Of a DNA stretch of 64,000 nucleotides, positions 59,033 through 64,000 are shown piece after piece (the first letter of the stretch is position 1; each line of letters begins with the position of its first letter). The notes under the pieces were generated by a model that was not told the DNA's origin, did no database searches, and saw only the letters and a list, made by a program, of their open reading frames with translations. Made by a program: the position numbers and the translations under genes. Source of the DNA: Eledone cirrhosa (taxonomy: Eukaryota); contig OZ024740.1 of assembly GCA_964016885.1 (NCBI GenBank), positions 75,206,001 through 75,270,000 on the forward strand, written 5' to 3'.

Positions 59033-62000
59033 CCATTCTTTGAGATTTTACATCGGTCACTGTTGATTTATCTTGATGTTTACGCCTGTCTCCAGTGTCT
59101 GTGATGACGTAGATTGCAGGGTTTTACCGTTGCTGTTATTTAATCTGTAAGTTTTATCTTTCGCTAATTCACATGAAGATCTATTGATTATAATGCTTTA
59201 AATATTTACTTTAGCTTATTGTTATATTGAAAATTTCCATCTTTAGAACTATCACCACTTAGATCTTTTCCATCTTATTCTTATTAACTTGTTTTCATAT
59301 TTTCCATATTTCGTTTATGTAATTCTAATTCAGTTTTTCTTGATGAATATTCTGTAATAACTACAAAATAGTCAAACATACAGAAAAAGAAATCAGTATT
59401 GGAAAGAACTATAAATGCTATAAATGACTACTAGACAAAGGACGGGGAGAAGGTGACAGACTCAACACCTAGGTCAGAGCGGTGTTTCTGCTGCGCCCCA
59501 CAGACAATGACCTGTGACACTCCCTGCAACAGCCACCCCACCTCGCAGGGCACCTTCCTTAGACGGGATACTATCGATCCGATTTTACTGAGGAGGTCAG
59601 CTATCTGGAGTCCGAGGACGCCTGAGGTTTCGATAGTGAAATACTTTGATTATGCCAGGGTTTGACTGTCTTATGTCTTATTTTGCACTTTATTTGTTTT
59701 GCAAGTAAAGCTACTATGTCTGTGTCGTAAGTTCTTAATATTTACTAGCTTTAGGGCAGTGGATTAGCAGAATTAGTAGAGCGTCGGAACAAATACCATT
59801 GCGTATTGTTCCGGCCCTTGACATTCTAAATTCAAATCCCACCACGGTCAACTTTGCCTTTAATCCTTCCGTGGCCGATAAAATAAAGTACCACTCAAGT
59901 ACTGGGCTTGATTTAATCAACTTTGGCCCTGCCTTAAAGCATTGTGTCTAAATTAGAAATCAAAATTTACTAGCTTTAGGGTGGTGGATTGGCAGAATTT
60001 GCAGAGCGAATTATAAAATGTTATTGTGGTATTTGTTTGGATCTTAAGATTCTAATTTCAAATCACTCCTTGCTCAAATTCCCAGAAATGAGCTGACCTT
60101 TTACCTAAATTAGAAATCAATATTTACTAGTTTTAATGGGGGATGGGGTCTGTAATTTTGATTTGTTTTTTGTTATTCGTTCATTGCTTTTGTTTCCGTT
60201 TAGTTTTTGTATTTCCATGACTGATATTGTTTCAGTTATAAAAACGTGTCTTCTTAAATTAGCTCTATTTTTAGTGCAGGGTTATTTTCTCTCTAACTAT
60301 TTAACGTGTATGTTGTGGAAATCTCGTTTTGAGGGTACATCGTTGCTATAAAATGTATATGTAATATAGAAATGGTTTTCTCTCATATCCATTTATGACT
60401 TTTCTGCGCTTTACTTAGATTATCATAATCTTTATCGTGCACTGGCTTATTGGTTTTTGGCGACGCCTAATTTATAATGTTCTCTTTTCATATGATTTAT
60501 ACATCAAATTCAAAGTGTGCGTTCGTATTTAATGTTTTGTTTTGAGCAGAATTTATCCAGTATCCAACGTTCCTCTGACTTGTAGCCTGCTATTATGTTT
60601 ATATGTAGTGGTCTATCGAGGCGGCAAATTGACAGAGTCATTAGAACGTCGGACATAATGTTTTGCAGTATTCGTTCCAGCTGTCTGCTCTCTAAGTTCA
60701 AATCCTACCGAGGTCAACTTTGCCTTCCATCCATTGAAGGTCGATAAAAAAGTACTAGTCTAGTACTGGAGTCGATTCTTCCTCTATAGCTCTTTCTCAC
60801 ACCCACTCTCTATCCTTCTCTAGAGATCTGCTGTATTTAGACCTGGAGGGTTTGGGCTTCGCCAGATTTAAAAATACCCTAGAAATGCCATGTTAATACG
60901 TCGCCTCTGCGACTCCCTCAAGAATTACGGGTCCATATATACATACATACAGTGGTCTATCGACAATTATTACGAATATCATTAGATTAAGGCCATTATC
61001 ATTAAGATTACAAATTAATGCATTATTTTTATAGATATTTTAAACAGCTTTCTTTGATGCACTTTGTCGTTATTTCATCGATGGTAAATATTTTTTTCGA
61101 AACAAAACAGTTGAGTAACGATATTTTCCTTACACTTATCTTTAACATTCCTGGTTTGAAAAATGCAATCAGAATTGGCTTATAATTGAGTAAAATCTAA
61201 AAAGTTATTTTTAAAAATTTATATTATGAAAGCACTGGAGAAAAATTTGACTCTTCAAATACATTTATTGTCACCAAATGACAGATTGGAGTAACGTGAA
61301 ATAAAATGTCTTGCTCAAGAATACTACGTGACATCAGCAAACGAACACATAACCTTACGATCGTAAGCAACGCGCCTTCACGATAACAAATATCTCAGTA
61401 AAAATAATTTTTTGGTTAGGTTTTTTAGAAATTTCAAAGAAACAATTATTCTGGAGCAAACCTCTACTCGTTACGTAGTACTCCAATCAGGGATTGACAA
61501 ATTATTTCTCTAAAGTTTCTTTGAAATCAGTAATCCCCGATATTGCTAACATCTAGCAGAATACGGTTCCATCAGATAATACTGGTACATTTTTGAGTCT
61601 CGAAGAAATTCTAATTGATGTAATCTGATGAAACACAAGAGTATATGAAAAACAGCTACGAAAACTTGATAGAGCAGGTGTCAAGGACGGTAAACAGGGA
61701 TTTTCACATAAAGTGAATTTAAGAAAAAGTCAACCGCTACATTTTTCGTATAATTCTGCCGACAAGCAACGATCCCTGCTAGAAATAGCAACCGAACTTT
61801 CCTCAAACCACAGCCTGGACATGAAGTAGATATTCCCCTTTCATGGTGGCATTGTGGCAGATGAAATGTCTTTGATCGTTGGTTAGTTTAATCAGAACTG
61901 ACCTGGAGCTAAACTTCCACAAAAATACAAAAGAACAACAAATACTACAAGAACAACAACAAAAAATAACAAAAAGCACTTGTGGAGAATGTCACTCGAA

Positions 62001-64000
62001 CACATCCTCTTTTGCACCAGGATCTTTGGCACCTCACGCTGAGAAAAAAACAACAAAGTATATATAATTTTCAGACTAGCCTTTAGTATTAACCTCCATT
62101 GAAACTCTTGAAAGATATTACCCTCCTGTCGAAAAACTAAATACGGATTCAGGCTCATTTAAAAGAAAAAGAAAATAAAACTGGAGGCATATGGTCCGTG
62201 AAACGTGTTTGCAACATCAAAAACTGACTGTTGTGAATTACTGTGAGGACAATCTGGGGCTCGTTTAGAAAAGCACCGAAATGGCCTGCATATATTTACA
62301 GGATATATGACTGCATTAAATCACTGGAACGATTTTGTGATATGATTGTTGATATATTGATATGTGCAGCTTGATAGATAAATTATCATAAATGTATAGC
62401 TTATATTTTTATCTAAACATTAGAAAAAGCAGTCAAAAGCAGCCTCAATTATTGACTTAAACAAAGCAGGACACATTGAATAATGAAGTCCCAGATATAG
62501 TTTATCTAACAGTATACGATGAATTGGCAGATTTGTTAGAGTGTAGGTTAGAATGTCTAGTGGTGATGTTCGTACGCTCTGAGTTCAAATTTTCCTTTCG
62601 GCTTGAAAAATATTGTACTATTTCAAGATGGTGAATTAGCTTGCTATTTAGAGTATTGCACAAAATGTTTTATAGTATTTGTACTGGTTCTTTGTGTTCT
62701 GTGTTCAAACTCCGTTGTGGGTGGTTCGGTTGATAGATTTAAGCCGCCATCTAGTTTAAAACTACCACTTTACACTCAGGTGTCTTTAGCGGAGTCCACC
62801 CTGTGGAATTCGAGCCTAGTCTTCAGTTTGAGGATATCTTCTTGCCTTCATCTTCCAGTCTTGGAGGCCCTTAAAACGGTCATGAGCATTATCATTCGAT
62901 GCGTGTCTCTTTGTTTCTCACTACTATTCACTGAAAATTGAATCCTATTTTTATCATGTCTGACTAACATCACAGAAAATATATTCTCGATTTTTTGACG
63001 GCCACAACACATTGAGCAGTTGTTGCGACGGAAATTCAATGGCAGATGAGAGATGGTGGAAATAATGCCAGCGTATAAAATTTCGCTCGATCTTGTGTAA
63101 AACTCGATATAAATTTAGAAAGCAAACTGCTTGAGTCTTAAGATCAAAAAGTAGTTACTTTAAGTTACATACCTTGCTTTGGCCGCTCAACGTCTGATGA
63201 AGAGCACCATCATTACATCTCTCTCCAGGCTAGAACAGTAGATTTCTGATACGGAAAAGGATGAATTGACCCCGAAAAGATGAAAGGAAAAGTAGACCTG
63301 GGAAAGATTTGAACAAAGAGCGCAGAAAGCTGGAGTGAATACGTCAAAGCATTCCACCCGACACTCAAGCGCCTTTGACAACACACTGCCTAAGATTTCA
63401 CACTGATAAATTCATAAAATTAAATATTTATCATCTGTTCAGTACATATGCACTCCTACAGGTTCTTATGCACGTGCTATTAACCCCTGATACCAAAAAG
63501 ATTCCCCACTCTTATTATACGCGATTGCTCAATCTGCCAGAAAGAGTAGCGAAATCTTCAAATACAACCCTTTTTCTTTGAAAAAAAAAGGACATATTAG
63601 ATAATGTAGTTCTAGATATACTAAGTCTGAATAAATGACAGGATGGTCACAATTGGAATTCCTTTGTTCTCCAGGATCCCAACAGACCTCGATCAAAGCA
63701 ACAAACCTGATGAAAGAGTGATCTCAGTAGAGGTCGTGAGTTCAGAGCTATTGTAGGCATTTCATTGTATATACTTTTTGATCAAAATGTTTTAATCTAC
63801 TTCTTTACGATATTCGTTCCGACTTTCTGAGTTCAAATCCTGCCGAGGTCAACTTTTCTTTCATCCTTTTCTGATCGATAAAAGAAGTACCAGTCCAGTA
63901 CTGGGGTTGTTTCTTACTCTGTATTTTTCTTCACTCTCCCTCACTCTTTTGCTGGAAGAAATCGGCTGTGTTCAGACCTGGAGAGGGATGAACGTTGTCA

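Overview
AT-rich eukaryotic, repeat-dominated window with very dense (TA)n/(CA)n/(GA)n microsatellites. The repeat content suggests an octopus or other coleoid cephalopod, which is an inference. I cannot support any intact host protein-coding gene, and most of the ORF track is microsatellite translation (IYIY/VCVC). Recognisable content includes Penelope-like elements (PLEs): a 4.8-kb Naiad-type copy with GIY-YIG endonuclease, plus other fragments. There are also CRE, R4/Dong, RTE and gag-like LINE remnants, two Helitrons, a Tigger/pogo remnant and many tRNA-derived SINEs. The most notable signal is a set of unrelated elements embedded in (TA)n arrays that share one architecture: an inverted (fold-back) duplication of their 3' end, a unique 45-90 nt tail on one arm only and, in most families, a type I hammerhead ribozyme (HHR) just upstream of the tail. 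More than 15 HHR or HHR-like motifs were found by eye, some with unusually long or branched stem II and compensatory base changes. In one short family the fold-back turn lies in HHR stem II itself. All structures were assigned by eye and the coordinates are approximate.
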